Assembly (NCBI GenBank): GCA_040882355.1
Contig: JBBEBM010000067.1
Span: 1 to 64,000, forward strand
From: Dehalococcoidia bacterium
GTDB lineage: Bacteria > Chloroflexota > Dehalococcoidia > DSTF01 > RBG-16-68-14
Direction of reading: 5' to 3'
Length of the DNA stretch: 64,000 nt
Shown here: in pieces, positions 1 to 8,777 of the stretch
How positions within the stretch are numbered: the first letter of the stretch is position 1
How the letters are laid out: each line of letters opens with the position of its first letter
Notes under the pieces: model-generated
What the model saw: the letters and a program-made list of their open reading frames with translations, nothing else
Databases searched by the model: none
What the model was told of the DNA's origin: nothing
Program-made: the position numbers and the translations under genes

Positions 1-1190
1 TCGACCTGACGTGGGTGCTCTCGGGGCCGTACGCCTCGATGGTGCTCTGCGACCTGGGCGCCGAGGTGATCAAGGTCGAGCGCCCGCCCTGGGGCGACAT
101 CGCCCGCACGACGGGCCCCCACATCAACGGCGAGAGCTGCTACTTCTTCAGCGTCAACCGCGGCAAGAAGAGCACGGCGATCGATCTCCAGAAGGACGAG
201 GGCAAGGAGCTCTTCCTGCGGCTGGTCGAGCACGTCGACGTGGTGATGGAGAACTTCACTCCCGGCACCATGGACGGCCTGGGGCTGGGCTACGTCGCAC
301 TGAGCAAACGCAACCCCCGCTTAATCTACGCTGCGACATCGGGCTTCGGGCAGACAGGGCCCGACCGGCTGCGGCCCGCGCTCGACATCGTCGTGCAGGG
401 GATGGGCGGCGTGATGAGCATCACCGGCCACCCGGGCGGCCCGCCGACCCGCCCCGGCCTCTCGCTGGGCGACATCGCGGGCGGACTGTTCACCGCGATC
501 GGCGTGCTGGCGGCGTTGCGCGAGCGCGACCAGAGCGGGCAGGGCCAGCTCGTCGACGTGAGCATGCTCGACTGCCAGATCGCGGTGCTCGAGAACGCCT
601 TCGTGCGCTACTTCGCCACCGGCCAGCCCCCGGGGCCGATCGGTACGCGCCACCCGCTGGCGACGCCGTTTCAGGCGTTCCCGACGAAGGACGGCTGGAT
701 CGTGCTCGCGCTGAGCTGGGGCGTCGAGAACCAGTGGGAGCTCTTCTGCGCCCTGATCGAGCGGCCCGAGCTGATCAACGACGGCCGCTTCGAGACAAGC
801 GGCCTGCGCACGGAGCATCACGCGGAGCTGGAGCCGATCTTGAACGAGGCGCTGAGCCAGCGCACGACCGCGCAGTGGCTCACGGAGTTCGACGCCATCG
901 GCCTGCCCTGCGGCCCGCTAAACACCATCCCGCAGGCGGCAGAGCTGCCGCAGATCAAGGCGCGCGACATGCTCGTCGAAGTCGAGCACCCGGCGATCGG
1001 CAAGCTGCCGCTGGCGAACACGCCGGTAAAGCTGTCGCGCACGCCGGGCGGCATCAGGGGGCCCTCGCCAGCCGCCGGGGCCCACACGGACGCCGTGCTT
1101 CGCGACCTGCTCGGCCTCTCAGGCGTGGAGATCGCGCGGCTACGGGAGTCGGAGGTCGTCGGCGGGCCCTACCCGCCGCCGCCGGTTTGA
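1..1190 (+). CDS. CaiB/BaiF family (class III) CoA-transferase, 5' end truncated by window edge
   Basis: Frame open from position 3 (DLTWVLSGPY...); motifs DLGAEVIKVE, NRGKKS, ENF.PG, GFGQTGP. Confidence 0.93.
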   Translation, partial: DLTWVLSGPYASMVLCDLGAEVIKVERPPWGDIARTTGPHINGESCYFFSVNRGKKSTAIDLQKDEGKELFLRLVEHVDVVMENFTPGTMDGLGLGYVALSKRNPRLIYAATSGFGQTGPDRLRPALDIVVQGMGGVMSITGHPGGPPTRPGLSLGDIAGGLFTAIGVLAALRERDQSGQGQLVDVSMLDCQIAVLENAFVRYFATGQPPGPIGTRHPLATPFQAFPTKDGWIVLALSWGVENQWELFCALIERPELINDGRFETSGLRTEHHAELEPILNEALSQRTTAQWLTEFDAIGLPCGPLNTIPQAAELPQIKARDMLVEVEHPAIGKLPLANTPVKLSRTPGGIRGPSPAAGAHTDAVLRDLLGLSGVEIARLRESEVVGGPYPPPPV

Positions 1191-1194
1191 CGGC

Positions 1195-1230
1195 TTTGAA
1201 ATTCGAAGTTCGAGGATTCGATGTTCGAAG
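1195..1230. repeat. Degenerate heptamer tandem repeat (TTCGAAG-like, about 5 units)
   Basis: tttgaaa-ttcgaag-ttcgagga-ttcgatg-ttcgaag between convergent stop codons. Confidence 0.55.
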
Positions 1231-1258
1231 GCCAGGCTTTGGCCTGGCGCGAGGTTCG

Positions 1259-3268
1259 CTAGGTCCCGCGCCGCGCCAGCGAGACGGCGCCCCAGCCGAG
1301 CGCCAGCACGGCGACGCCGGAGAGCAGGATGATCGCAGCGACGGACGCGTTGCCGTCAAACGGCCAGTCCCAGATGCTGCTGGACGAACCCTCGCCCTCA
1401 GCCTCGCCACCTTCGGAGGTCGCGGCGCGGATCGGCAGGTCGAAGGTGGTGCTGACGTCGTCCTCGCCGAGGCGGCGCACGGTGACGGTCACTTCCCAAT
1501 CGCCCGGCAACCCCAGGTTGCTCCCGCTGGCCGCGAACTTCGCGCTGCCGAAGAGCGGCAGCGCCAGCCGCGACGGGCCGACGTCCTGGGTAAGGTTTTT
1601 GAAATCGAGTCGCGTCTCCTGGATCTCGCCGACGAAGCCGAACTCGGAGCCAACGCCGACCTCGAAGTTGTTCTGGCCGATCTCCGCTGGTTCGACCCTC
1701 AGCGAGAGGACAAGGCCGCCCGCCTGGTTCGCCTTCAAGAAGTACCCCTGCTCGTCCTGGGGCAGCGCGCCCGTCGGCCCGCTCGAGACAGACGCCTGTT
1801 CCTCCGCGTCGGCAGCGGCGCGCGGCGGCTCGAGCTGGACTAGCACGGCGACGGCGACCAGGATGACGATGCCCAGTACGGCCTCGAGGCGTACGGTGTT
1901 CGACAGCATGTCTTGCAGGCGCGCGATCGCGCCCGTCGCGGTGGAATCGCCTGCGGGCCGTTCGCCGCCGTTCACTTCATCGATCGCGTCGACGACGCGC
2001 GGGCGGAGGATGAACGCGTTCAGCCCGGCAACGGCGAGCAGCGGGACCATGACGCCCATCTTGGCGATGAGCGACCAGCCGTAGTTCGTGCTCCAGAGGT
2101 CGCTCCACGAATCGAACTGTACGAGCGCGCTGAAGACGCCGCTGGCCATGATCACGACCACGGAAACCGCGGCCAGCACCGAGAAGCGCCGGAACGAATC
2201 GCCGGCGAACAGCGTGCGAGGCGCGCCCTGCAGCTCGTCCAGCCAGCGGGGCATCGCCAGGCCGATGTGGACCAGCGCGCCGATCCAGAACGACGCGGCC
2301 AGCATGTGCAGGAAGTCAGCGGTCGTGGCCCAGAAGGCGCCGTCGCTGCCGCCCGCGTGGCTCACCATCGACTGCGTGAAGAGCACGCCAACAGACGACA
2401 CAAGCAGCAGGACGAGCGCAGGAAGCTGAAGCGCGCGTTCGCCCGCGCGCCAGATCAGCGCGAGCGAGCCGAGGCCGACGAGCAGCAGCGCTTGTCTAGC
2501 GATCAGGTAGTTGCCCGATCGCGTGTCGAAGAGGATCTCGTCTACCTTGCCGAGGCCGCCGAGCCGGTCGGCGTCGAGCAACAGCTCGATCAGGCTGCCC
2601 TCCAGCACGAGGAACGCGCCGATGGCGCCCGTCACCAACAGGATAGAGCGGGACAGCGAGCGCACCTTCGCGCTGGAATCGGGCGCGAGAACGCCCGTGG
2701 CCGGGAGACCGACGAACAGGACGTAAGCGGATCCTCCCAGCAGCACCGCGCCTCCCAGGAGCACGACCCAGCGCGCGACCGAGTCGAGCGTGGACGGAGT
2801 GTCGGACGGCAGATCGATGAGATCCTCAACCGAGACGGCCGTGCCGCCGACCGGCTTCTCCCCGTTCGGGCCCAGCACGCTGAAGGTGTAGGAGCCCGCC
2901 CAGGTGTGACCGTCGACCGTCGAGAGGTTGCGCCACACGACCGTATAGACGCCCATGGTGAGGTCTTGCGAGACGGTCGCCACCATCTCCTCTGTCGAAG
3001 GGAAGGAGACGCCGGTTAGCGGGACCTCTTTCGCCTCCCCGTCCCAGAGCTGCATGGTGCTCACGGACGGCTCGATCTCCTCGCTGAAGGTGACGGCTAG
3101 CTGGTCCGGCGAATTAGTGAGCTCGCTGTTGGGCTCCGGGCTGGCCGTGACCTGGACCGCGTGCGCTTCCGCGCGCCCCGCGCCGAGGATCATGATGGGA
3201 AGCGTGAGGAGCATCGCTAGGAGGGCGCCGGCGCCCAGAGGCCAGAGTCTCGTGAATTTTTTCGTCAT
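1259..3268 (-). CDS. CopC/CopD fusion copper uptake/resistance protein with C-terminal extracellular domain and membrane anchor
   Basis: Signal peptide AEA-HA then CopC motifs (HA...SP, TFSE, WRNLSTVDGH); multiple TM helices with SHAG and HMLAASFWIG CopD motifs. Confidence 0.9.
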   Translation of the reverse strand: MTKKFTRLWPLGAGALLAMLLTLPIMILGAGRAEAHAVQVTASPEPNSELTNSPDQLAVTFSEEIEPSVSTMQLWDGEAKEVPLTGVSFPSTEEMVATVSQDLTMGVYTVVWRNLSTVDGHTWAGSYTFSVLGPNGEKPVGGTAVSVEDLIDLPSDTPSTLDSVARWVVLLGGAVLLGGSAYVLFVGLPATGVLAPDSSAKVRSLSRSILLVTGAIGAFLVLEGSLIELLLDADRLGGLGKVDEILFDTRSGNYLIARQALLLVGLGSLALIWRAGERALQLPALVLLLVSSVGVLFTQSMVSHAGGSDGAFWATTADFLHMLAASFWIGALVHIGLAMPRWLDELQGAPRTLFAGDSFRRFSVLAAVSVVVIMASGVFSALVQFDSWSDLWSTNYGWSLIAKMGVMVPLLAVAGLNAFILRPRVVDAIDEVNGGERPAGDSTATGAIARLQDMLSNTVRLEAVLGIVILVAVAVLVQLEPPRAAADAEEQASVSSGPTGALPQDEQGYFLKANQAGGLVLSLRVEPAEIGQNNFEVGVGSEFGFVGEIQETRLDFKNLTQDVGPSRLALPLFGSAKFAASGSNLGLPGDWEVTVTVRRLGEDDVSTTFDLPIRAATSEGGEAEGEGSSSSIWDWPFDGNASVAAIILLSGVAVLALGWGAVSLARRGT

Positions 3269-3284
3269 TTGGCTTCGCGTCCCC

Positions 3285-3313
3285 TTGACAGCCGAGTCCT
3301 GAGGCGGCAGAAT
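3285..3313 (+). promoter_or_regulatory. Putative sigma70 promoter
   Basis: TTGACA-17 nt-CAGAAT upstream of 3358 ATG (AGGAG at 3345). Confidence 0.5.
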
Positions 3314-3357
3314 GGATTCACTGAATGCCGTTCAGTTTTCCCCCAGGAGTGTATACC

Positions 3358-4386
3358 ATGAAGAAGCCAGGCCCGTCAAAGGAACTCCTCCCCCTGCTGC
3401 TCCTGGCCGCGTGCGTGGCGCTCGCGGTCGTCGCATCCACGCTGAACGTTGTGCTGGACGGCGACAACGGCTGGGCTGAGATCGCGGCAGCGGCCGCGCT
3501 CGTCGCCACCGTCGTGGCGATCGCCATCCTCCTGAGCAGCAAGCAGGGTTGGGTGAACGGCACGCGGGTCTCGCGCGCGGCGCTTGCGACCATCGTCGTA
3601 GGCATGGGCGCGCTGGTCATGGTCGTGGTCACCTACGCGGGCATGGGCGATTCGGGCACCTCGGCGTCGAGCGCGCCGGTGAGCGACGAAGGCGCAGCGC
3701 TCAGCCAGCAGGTCTCCAACAACGACATCCAGCCGCCCGGATACGCCCACGACCTGGGCGGACACCCAGCGTTCGCGAACTTCATGTCGATGGACGACGC
3801 GACCGTCCTCGCAAACGTGCCAGGCGGGACGCTGCTCCCGAACGAGGTCGGTCCCCTGCAAGACGAGCTCACCGCGGCTAGGGAGTTCGCTCTGCAGCAC
3901 GACACCATCGAGAAGGCGCAGGCGGCCGGCTTCTTCAACACCACCAACGACGTACCGTTCATGGGCGCGCACTTCATCAGCCAGGAGTACCTGACGGACG
4001 GCGTGTTCGACCCGAGCAAGCCGGAAGGGCTGCTGTTCAGCAAGAAGGGCGGCGGCGACACCGCCCCCTGGCAGCTCGTCGGCGTGTGGTTCCTGCTCGT
4101 GCCGGGGATTAACGGCGGCGTCACGACGACCATGCCGCCTGAGGGCTTCGCGGGCAACCTGGACCTGTGGCACGCCCACCGCGGGCTCTGCACCCGGGCT
4201 AATGGCATCTCCGAGAACAACACCCAGGAAAGCTGCGTTGCCGACAAGGGCAACTTCATCGGCGACATCCGCTGGATGATGCACGTGTGGGTGTACCCGG
4301 AGGGCGCCGACAACCCCGAGGGCGTCTTCACCTACCTGAACACCAACCTCTACCAGATGCAGCAAAACGTCCAAGCGGCACCGTAG
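3358..4386 (+). CDS. Membrane-anchored hypothetical protein with His/Met-containing extracellular domain
   Basis: Three N-terminal TM segments; MGAHF, PEGLLF, WHAH, MMHVWV...NPEGVF motifs; divergent from copCD. Confidence 0.75.
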   Translation: MKKPGPSKELLPLLLLAACVALAVVASTLNVVLDGDNGWAEIAAAAALVATVVAIAILLSSKQGWVNGTRVSRAALATIVVGMGALVMVVVTYAGMGDSGTSASSAPVSDEGAALSQQVSNNDIQPPGYAHDLGGHPAFANFMSMDDATVLANVPGGTLLPNEVGPLQDELTAAREFALQHDTIEKAQAAGFFNTTNDVPFMGAHFISQEYLTDGVFDPSKPEGLLFSKKGGGDTAPWQLVGVWFLLVPGINGGVTTTMPPEGFAGNLDLWHAHRGLCTRANGISENNTQESCVADKGNFIGDIRWMMHVWVYPEGADNPEGVFTYLNTNLYQMQQNVQAAP

Positions 4387-4435
4387 CCCTGCCCCGCCGC
4401 CCCGTCCCGCCCCGGGGGGGGGGGGGGGGGGGGGG

Positions 4436-4445
4436 NNNNNNNNNN
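4436..4445. other. Assembly gap (10 N) preceded by 22-nt poly-G
   Basis: Seen directly. Confidence 0.99.
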
Positions 4446-4539
4446 ACGCCTCGGTTGTTGTTGCGGAGTCTTCGTTTCGCTGTGACGAGGGCAGTGCTAC
4501 AATTGGCGCAGCGATCACTTCCCTAACCAGGAGCGACTG

Positions 4540-4761
4540 GTGGCAGACCTCGTCATCTACACAGTGCCCGGATGCAACACCTGCGCGCGCGCCGTCCAGG
4601 AGATGACGGACGAGGGCATCGAGTTCGAGGAGCGCGACATCCACAAGAACGCCCAGTGGCTCGAGGAGGCGTCGCGACTCGCGGTCACCGTCCCGATCCT
4701 CGTACGCGGGAACCGCATCGAGGTGGGCTGGCGCGGGGACTCGGGCTGCCTCTTCCAGTGA
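4540..4761 (+). CDS. Glutaredoxin/NrdH-like redoxin with additional C-terminal Cys
   Basis: IYTVPGCNTC (CxxC), TVP cis-Pro loop, IEVGW, terminal GCLFQ*; RBS AGGAG; extended -10 TGcTACAAT at 4495-4503. Confidence 0.85.
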   Translation: MADLVIYTVPGCNTCARAVQEMTDEGIEFEERDIHKNAQWLEEASRLAVTVPILVRGNRIEVGWRGDSGCLFQ

Positions 4762-4786
4762 GCCCAGGGAACGCAGAGGTCGCTCG

Positions 4787-6952
4787 TTGCTCCAGATCCA
4801 CAACACGCTGACCCGCCGGAAGGAACCGTTCGCTCCGCTGGATGCGGGCCAGGCGCGCATCTACTCCTGCGGCCCGACCGTCTATCGAGACGTCCACGTC
4901 GGCAATCTGCGCACATACCTGCTCGCCGACTGGCTACGCCGAACGCTAGAGAAGTCCGGCCTGACGGTGACGCACGTCAAGAACATCACCGACGTCGGCC
5001 ACATGCGCCAGGAGCTGCTGGAGCGCGGCGACGACAAGGTGATCGCCGCGGCGCTCGCCGCCGGCAAGACGCCCCAGCAGATCGCGGAGACGTACACGCA
5101 GTCGTTCCTGCGCGACGAGACCGCGCTCAACATCAAGCCCGCGCACGTCTTCCCGCGCGCCACGGAGCACATCCCCCAGATGATCGCGATGACGGAGCGC
5201 CTGATCGAACGCGGCCTGGCGTACGAGGTCGAGGGCAACGTCTACTTCAGCGTCGAGCGCTTCCCGGCCTACGGGGCGCTCTCCGGCAATACCGGCGAGT
5301 CGCTGCTGGAGGGCGTGCGGGCCGAGACCGACCCGAAGAAGCGCGACCCGCGCGACTTCGCCCTCTGGAAGGCGGCGGAGCCGGGCCGCGCGATGAAGTG
5401 GCCGAGCCCCTGGGGTGACGGCTTTCCCGGCTGGCACATCGAGTGCTCCGCGATGTCCACCTTCCACCTGGGCGAGCGGTTCGACATCCACACAGGCGGC
5501 GTCGACAACGTCTTTCCGCACCACGAGGGCGAGCGCGCCCAGAGCGAGGGCGCCCTGGAGCACCAGGTCGTCAACTACTGGGTGCACGGCCAGCACCTGC
5601 TCGTGGATGGGCTGAAGATGGCGAAGTCCACGGGCAACGTCTACACGCTGCCCGACCTAGAGGCGCGTGGCTACGACCCGCTCGCCTTCCGCTACCTCTG
5701 CGCGACCGTCCACTATCGCCGCCGCCTCAACTTCACGTTCGACTCGCTGCGCGCGGCGGCGATCGGCCTGAACCGCCTGCGTCAGGAGACGTTCCTGGCG
5801 GCGTCGGTCTCAGACGGAGCGCACGGGGCCGACGCCGCAGGCAAGCAGTGGGAGCGCGCCTTCCGCGACGCGCTCGAGGACGACCTGCACTTGCCGCGCG
5901 CCCTCGCGGTCGTGTGGGAGCTGGTGCGGCGCTCCGACGCATCGCCTGCCTCGAAGGCGCGCCTGCTCCGTTCGTTCGACGAGGTGCTCGGCCTCGACCT
6001 ACTCCCCGCGAACACCGATGTGCCGTCGTCGGTTCAGACGCTGGTCGAGGAACGCTCCTCGCTGCGTGATCGAGCGTCGTTCGCGGGGGCGGACGCCTTG
6101 CGCGAGCGCATCAGTGCCGCCGGCTACGACGTCCGCGACACGCGCGACGGCCCGCTGCTCGTGCCGCGCTTCGCGCCACCGGCGAAGGTCGCGGCGCTCC
6201 ACTCATCGCGGGAGGCGGCATCGCGCCTCGATCAGCCGGACGAGCTCGATTTCACCGTCGTGGTCGTGGGGCGCGACGAGTTGTCGGGCCTGCGGCGCAC
6301 CGCCGAGAGCGTGCTGCGACACGCCGGCGACCAGGAGGTCGAACTGATCGTCGTCGACAACGGCTCGACGGACGGCACGGATGCCTGGTTGCGTGAAGCG
6401 GCGCAGATCGACACGCGCATGCAACCGGTCGTCTGCGACCACAACCTGGGGACCGCGGCCGCGCGCAACATCGCCCTGCAGCGAGCGCGCGGGCGCAACG
6501 TCGTGCTGCTCGACACCAGCATCGAGGTCGCCGGCGACATCTTCGCGCCGATCGCGGAGGGGCTCGCCGATGACGCGGTAGGCGTCGTGGGACCGTTCGG
6601 GGTGAACACGAACGACCTGCGCCAGTTCGAAGACGCGCCGGGACCGGAGGTGGACGCGGTCGAAGGTTACCTGATGGCGTTCCGCCGCGACCGCGCGCGC
6701 GAGGTGGGGCCCCTGGACGAGAAGTTCCGCTTCTACCGCCACCTCGACCTCGACTTCAGCCTGACGTTGCGCGAGCGAGGCTATCGCAACCGGCTGGTGC
6801 CGGACCTGCCGCTGCTCCGTCACGCCCACACCGACTGGGAGCGGACGCCGGAGGAAGAACGCGAGCGGCTGAGCAAGCGCAACTTCTACCGCTTCCTGAA
6901 GAAGCACGGGCACAGCCAGGACGTGCTGGTCGCGAACGCGCGCAAATCGTAG
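4787..6952 (+). CDS. cysS: Cysteinyl-tRNA synthetase fused to C-terminal family-2 glycosyltransferase domain
   Basis: CGPTVY, HVGN (HIGH), NITDV, DFALWK, GWHIECSAM, FPHHE, KMAKS, DALR-type helical and anticodon domains; then VVDNGSTDGT, NLGTAAARN, LDEKF..DLDFS of the GT-A fold. Confidence 0.9.
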   Translation: MLQIHNTLTRRKEPFAPLDAGQARIYSCGPTVYRDVHVGNLRTYLLADWLRRTLEKSGLTVTHVKNITDVGHMRQELLERGDDKVIAAALAAGKTPQQIAETYTQSFLRDETALNIKPAHVFPRATEHIPQMIAMTERLIERGLAYEVEGNVYFSVERFPAYGALSGNTGESLLEGVRAETDPKKRDPRDFALWKAAEPGRAMKWPSPWGDGFPGWHIECSAMSTFHLGERFDIHTGGVDNVFPHHEGERAQSEGALEHQVVNYWVHGQHLLVDGLKMAKSTGNVYTLPDLEARGYDPLAFRYLCATVHYRRRLNFTFDSLRAAAIGLNRLRQETFLAASVSDGAHGADAAGKQWERAFRDALEDDLHLPRALAVVWELVRRSDASPASKARLLRSFDEVLGLDLLPANTDVPSSVQTLVEERSSLRDRASFAGADALRERISAAGYDVRDTRDGPLLVPRFAPPAKVAALHSSREAASRLDQPDELDFTVVVVGRDELSGLRRTAESVLRHAGDQEVELIVVDNGSTDGTDAWLREAAQIDTRMQPVVCDHNLGTAAARNIALQRARGRNVVLLDTSIEVAGDIFAPIAEGLADDAVGVVGPFGVNTNDLRQFEDAPGPEVDAVEGYLMAFRRDRAREVGPLDEKFRFYRHLDLDFSLTLRERGYRNRLVPDLPLLRHAHTDWERTPEEERERLSKRNFYRFLKKHGHSQDVLVANARKS

Positions 6953-7043
6953 CGATCTCGCGCATCGTTGCGCCTGAGTTCGCTTTTCCCCCTTAAGCCG
7001 TCCACACATCGCAAGGATGGCCGATCGAGGCAAGTCTTGATGG

Positions 7044-7084
7044 TTGCAATGCTGTAGCGGGCGATATATACTGGCCGTAGGTAT
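7044..7084 (+). promoter_or_regulatory. Sigma70 promoter with overlapping inverted repeat (candidate PadR operator)
   Basis: TTGCAA-17 nt-TATACT (7044-7072); ATAC-N9-GTAT at 7068-7084. Confidence 0.6.
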
Positions 7085-7113
7085 TGGACACAGAGGCATT
7101 GGGAGCATAGGTA

Positions 7114-7521
7114 ATGGCTGAACTCATCGAACGTGACCTGACCGACAAGACGTACTGGCGCATGCTGGCCAGCCGGGGCACCGGGCGCTTCCTGGTGCTC
7201 GCCGCCCTCAACGAGCGGCCCCGTCACGGCTACGAGCTGGCCCGCGCCGTCACCATCGCCTGCGACGGCTGCTGCGAGCCCTCGGACGCGATGATCTACC
7301 CCACCATCCGCGAGCTGCTCGAGGGCGGCTACATCGTCTGCCGGACGGAGGCGCAGGGCAACCGCCAGCGCAAGGTCTGCGAGCTGACCGACCGCGGCCG
7401 CGACGCCTATCGCGCCGCCGCGGAGGTCTGGAGCGCGGTGCTCCCCGCCCTACAGGACGCGGTCGCCGTGGGCCTGGCGCTGCCAGCCACGGAGAAGAAA
7501 CGGATCGAGGTAAGCGCGTAG
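7114..7521 (+). CDS. PadR family transcriptional regulator, Cys-rich
   Basis: LAAL.ERPRHGYEL, IYPT...L...GYI, RK.CELT..G; CDGCC insert. Confidence 0.9.
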   Translation: MAELIERDLTDKTYWRMLASRGTGRFLVLAALNERPRHGYELARAVTIACDGCCEPSDAMIYPTIRELLEGGYIVCRTEAQGNRQRKVCELTDRGRDAYRAAAEVWSAVLPALQDAVAVGLALPATEKKRIEVSA

Positions 7522-7545
7522 GGGCGTTCAGTTGAAGGCCCCTAC
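7518..7545. repeat. GTAG-type REP palindrome
   Basis: GTAGGGGCGTTCAgtTGAAGGCCCCTAC; its TAG is the PadR stop codon. Confidence 0.75.
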
Positions 7546-7567
7546 CAAGTAACCGAGGAGGTACGTC

Positions 7568-8392
7568 ATGACCAACCGAACAGCCGAGGAGATCAAGGAA
7601 GCGGTCGTCGAGCGATACGGCTCACGGGCGCGCGGGCAGCTCGCGAAGGAGGAGACGATCGCCGTTGCCGCTGTCGGCGAAGACTCCTGTTGCGGGCCGA
7701 GCAAGGACGTTGTGCCCGACACCTCGAACTGGGCCGACAAGCTCTACTCCGCACAGGAGCTGGGCGCCGTGCCGAAAGAGGTCACCGAGCTCTCGCTCGG
7801 CTGCGGCAACCCGACCGCCATCGCCGAGCTGCGCCCCGGCGACGCCGTGCTCGATCTGGGTAGCGGCAGCGGGCTCGACTGCTTCCTGGCGGCGCAGCAG
7901 GTCGGCCCGCAGGGCCGCGTCGTCGGCCTCGACATGACGGACGACATGCTCGCGCTCGCGGGCCGCAACCTGGCGAAGGTCGGCGCGACGAACGTTGAGT
8001 TCCATAAGGGGGAGATGGAGTCGATGCCGCTGCCCGGCGACACGTTCGACGTGATCATCTCGAACTGCGTGATCAACCTCTCGCCGGACAAGGATGCCGT
8101 CTTCCGCGAGTCGTTCCGCGTGCTCAAGCCGGGCGGCCGCGTGCGCGTCTCCGACATCGTCTGGACGCGCGAACCCAGCGCCTCCGAGCGCGACGACCTT
8201 TCGAGTTGGGCGGGCTGCATCGCGGGGGCGCTGCTCGTTGACGAGTACACGGGCAAGCTGAAGGACGCCGGCTTCCAGGCGATCGACATGCAGTTCGCGG
8301 GCGAGCCAGACAAGCGCGGCTGGGCGAGCGCCTACGTCACCGCGACCAAGCCCGCCGACGCCGCCTGCTGCGGCCCGAGCTGCTGCGGTTAG
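7568..8392 (+). CDS. arsM: Arsenite S-adenosylmethionine methyltransferase
   Basis: SCCG, SLGCGNP, LDLGSGSGLD, ISNCVINL, WAGCIAGA, C-terminal CC pairs. Confidence 0.9.
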   Translation: MTNRTAEEIKEAVVERYGSRARGQLAKEETIAVAAVGEDSCCGPSKDVVPDTSNWADKLYSAQELGAVPKEVTELSLGCGNPTAIAELRPGDAVLDLGSGSGLDCFLAAQQVGPQGRVVGLDMTDDMLALAGRNLAKVGATNVEFHKGEMESMPLPGDTFDVIISNCVINLSPDKDAVFRESFRVLKPGGRVRVSDIVWTREPSASERDDLSSWAGCIAGALLVDEYTGKLKDAGFQAIDMQFAGEPDKRGWASAYVTATKPADAACCGPSCCG

Positions 8393-8396
8393 CCAC

Positions 8397-8690
8397 GTGA
8401 GCGACGAGAACGCCCTCGACATCCTCGCCTGCGAGATCGAGCTGCGCCCGCGCGGCGCGCCCGGTATCGAGGATATCGCGAGGGCGATCGTGACCGTGGA
8501 GCGAGCTGGGCCGTGCACACTGGCGGTCGAGTTCGACGCGGCAGCGGCCGCCGATGTGGAGGCGTTCGCCGCCGCGGAACAGCGCTGCTGTTCGACGCTC
8601 TCGTGGACGGTCGAGCATCGAGAGGGCGTCACTCGCCTGACGATCGGCGCAGAGCCGCCGCAGATCGACCTGCTGGAGGAGATCTTCTAG
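8397..8690 (+). CDS. Small hypothetical protein with EQRCC metal(loid)-binding-like motif
   Basis: Third gene of PadR-arsM operon; AAAEQRCCSTL. Confidence 0.7.
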   Translation: MSDENALDILACEIELRPRGAPGIEDIARAIVTVERAGPCTLAVEFDAAAAADVEAFAAAEQRCCSTLSWTVEHREGVTRLTIGAEPPQIDLLEEIF

Positions 8691-8777
8691 AAGCCCGGCT
8701 GAAGCCGAGAACGGGAACGCCCACGAACGATGGAGAGGCTCCCAAGCGGGAGCCTCTCGCGCTTGTCTGAGCCAGGC

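Noticed and set aside
11..1843. Long alternative-frame and antisense ORFs (also 3376-4860, 17892-19565, 44006-45523, 52950-54692, 59851-61698)
   Set aside because: Shadow ORFs of high-GC coding sequence; they overlap well-supported genes and lack motifs.
4387..4445. C-rich tract and 22-nt poly-G as G-quadruplex or phase-variation site
   Set aside because: It abuts an N gap and is most likely a read-end artefact. Linkage of copCD to the cysS region across the gap is therefore also uncertain.
4759..4790. TGA of the glutaredoxin as a selenocysteine codon
   Set aside because: The protein is complete at this point with Cys already at the terminal redox position; no SECIS was recognisable.
4787..6170. 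Calling the CysRS domain MshC
   Set aside because: It retains the anticodon-binding domain that MshC lacks, and no mshA/B/D genes are seen in the window.
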